From positions 1,172,424-1,236,423 of the forward strand of contig NC_057756.1 in NCBI RefSeq assembly GCF_004010195.1: DNA of 64,000 nucleotides, read 5' to 3'. The notes below the pieces were generated by a model. That model was not told the DNA's origin. It saw only the letters and a program-made list of their open reading frames with translations, and did not search any database. Positions 63,293 through 64,000 of this stretch are shown piece after piece. Source of the stretch: Chiloscyllium plagiosum. Taxonomy: Eukaryota. The position numbers and the translations under genes are program-made. Every line of letters starts with the position of its first letter. Position 1 is the stretch's first letter.

Positions 63293-63585
63293 ACAGAATC
63301 ATCGATTCCCTTCATTGTGGAAACAGACCTTTTGACCCAACATGTCCACACCGACCCTCTGAACAGTAGCCCAACCAGACCCATTCCCCTGACTAATGCA
63401 CCTAACCTACACATCACTAAACATTATGGGCATTTAGCATAGCCAATTCACCTAACCGGAACATCTTATGGGACGAAACCGAAGCATGTGGAGAAACCCG
63501 TGCAGACAGTTGCCCGGGGCTGCAATTGAACACAGGTGCCTGGCACTGTGAGGCAGCAGTGCTAACCACTGGGCAACTGTGCCAC
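63293..63585 (-). mobile_element. HE1-like SINE within a CR1 3' fragment
   Basis: SINE head and body. Confidence 0.78.
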
Positions 63586-63764
63586 CAAATCTATGTCTGT
63601 ACCCATCTTTGCTTCTCGTAAATGTATACATCTCAATCACATCCCCTTTTCAATCGGCTAGAAAGAAAATTAACCCCAGTCTGACTAATCTCTCTTCAAA
63701 ACACTGAGTGGAACTTTTGCTCCATGCCTCAGGTGGCATTAATGTATCTAATAATACACATGTT

Positions 63765-64000
63765 AACCAAGATTTGGAGATGCCAGTGTTGGACTGGGGT
63801 GTACAAAGTTCAACATCACACAACACCAGGTTATAGTCCAACAGGTTTAGTTAGAAGCACACCAGCTTTCGGAGCGACGCTCCTTCATCAGGTGATAGTG
63901 GAGGGCTCAATCGTAACACAGAATTTATAGCAAAAATTGACAGTGTGATGTAACTGAAATTATACATTGAAAAACTGATTGTCTGTTAAGCCTTCCATCT
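63765..64000 (-). mobile_element. Penelope terminal region (second family), truncated by the window end
   Basis: homologous to 25883-26086; minus strand CTGATGAAGGAGCGTCGCTCCGAAAGCT hammerhead-like core. Confidence 0.72.

Noticed and set aside
56130..64000. Search for the Myb/SANT first exon or a Harbinger transposase
   Set aside because: None recognised; the region is mostly repeats, so the exon probably lies outside the window

Overview
Repeat-rich vertebrate genomic DNA, most likely an elasmobranch (inferred from HE1-type tRNA-derived SINEs, CR1 LINEs and Penelope-like elements). The + strand carries the 3' nine coding exons of a tectonic gene, best matching TCTN3 (2837-42156). They splice into one continuous frame only if intron 24112-25067 is treated as a minor-spliceosome (U12) AT-AC intron. 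Convergently on the - strand are the last two exons (56125-55966, 55790-54946) of an intact, CpG-rich gene resembling Harbinger-derived Myb/SANT-type (NAIF1/MSANTD-like) proteins; its first exon was not found in the window. The rest is decayed CR1/L2/Tx1 LINEs, SINEs, Penelope fragments (many are short fold-back inserts with 13-14 bp target duplications and minimal hammerhead ribozyme cores), a probable solo LTR, minisatellites and a 537-nt assembly gap. Most ORFs in the supplied track are spurious or repeat-derived. All family assignments are from recall of motifs, not database searches; repeat boundaries are approximate.
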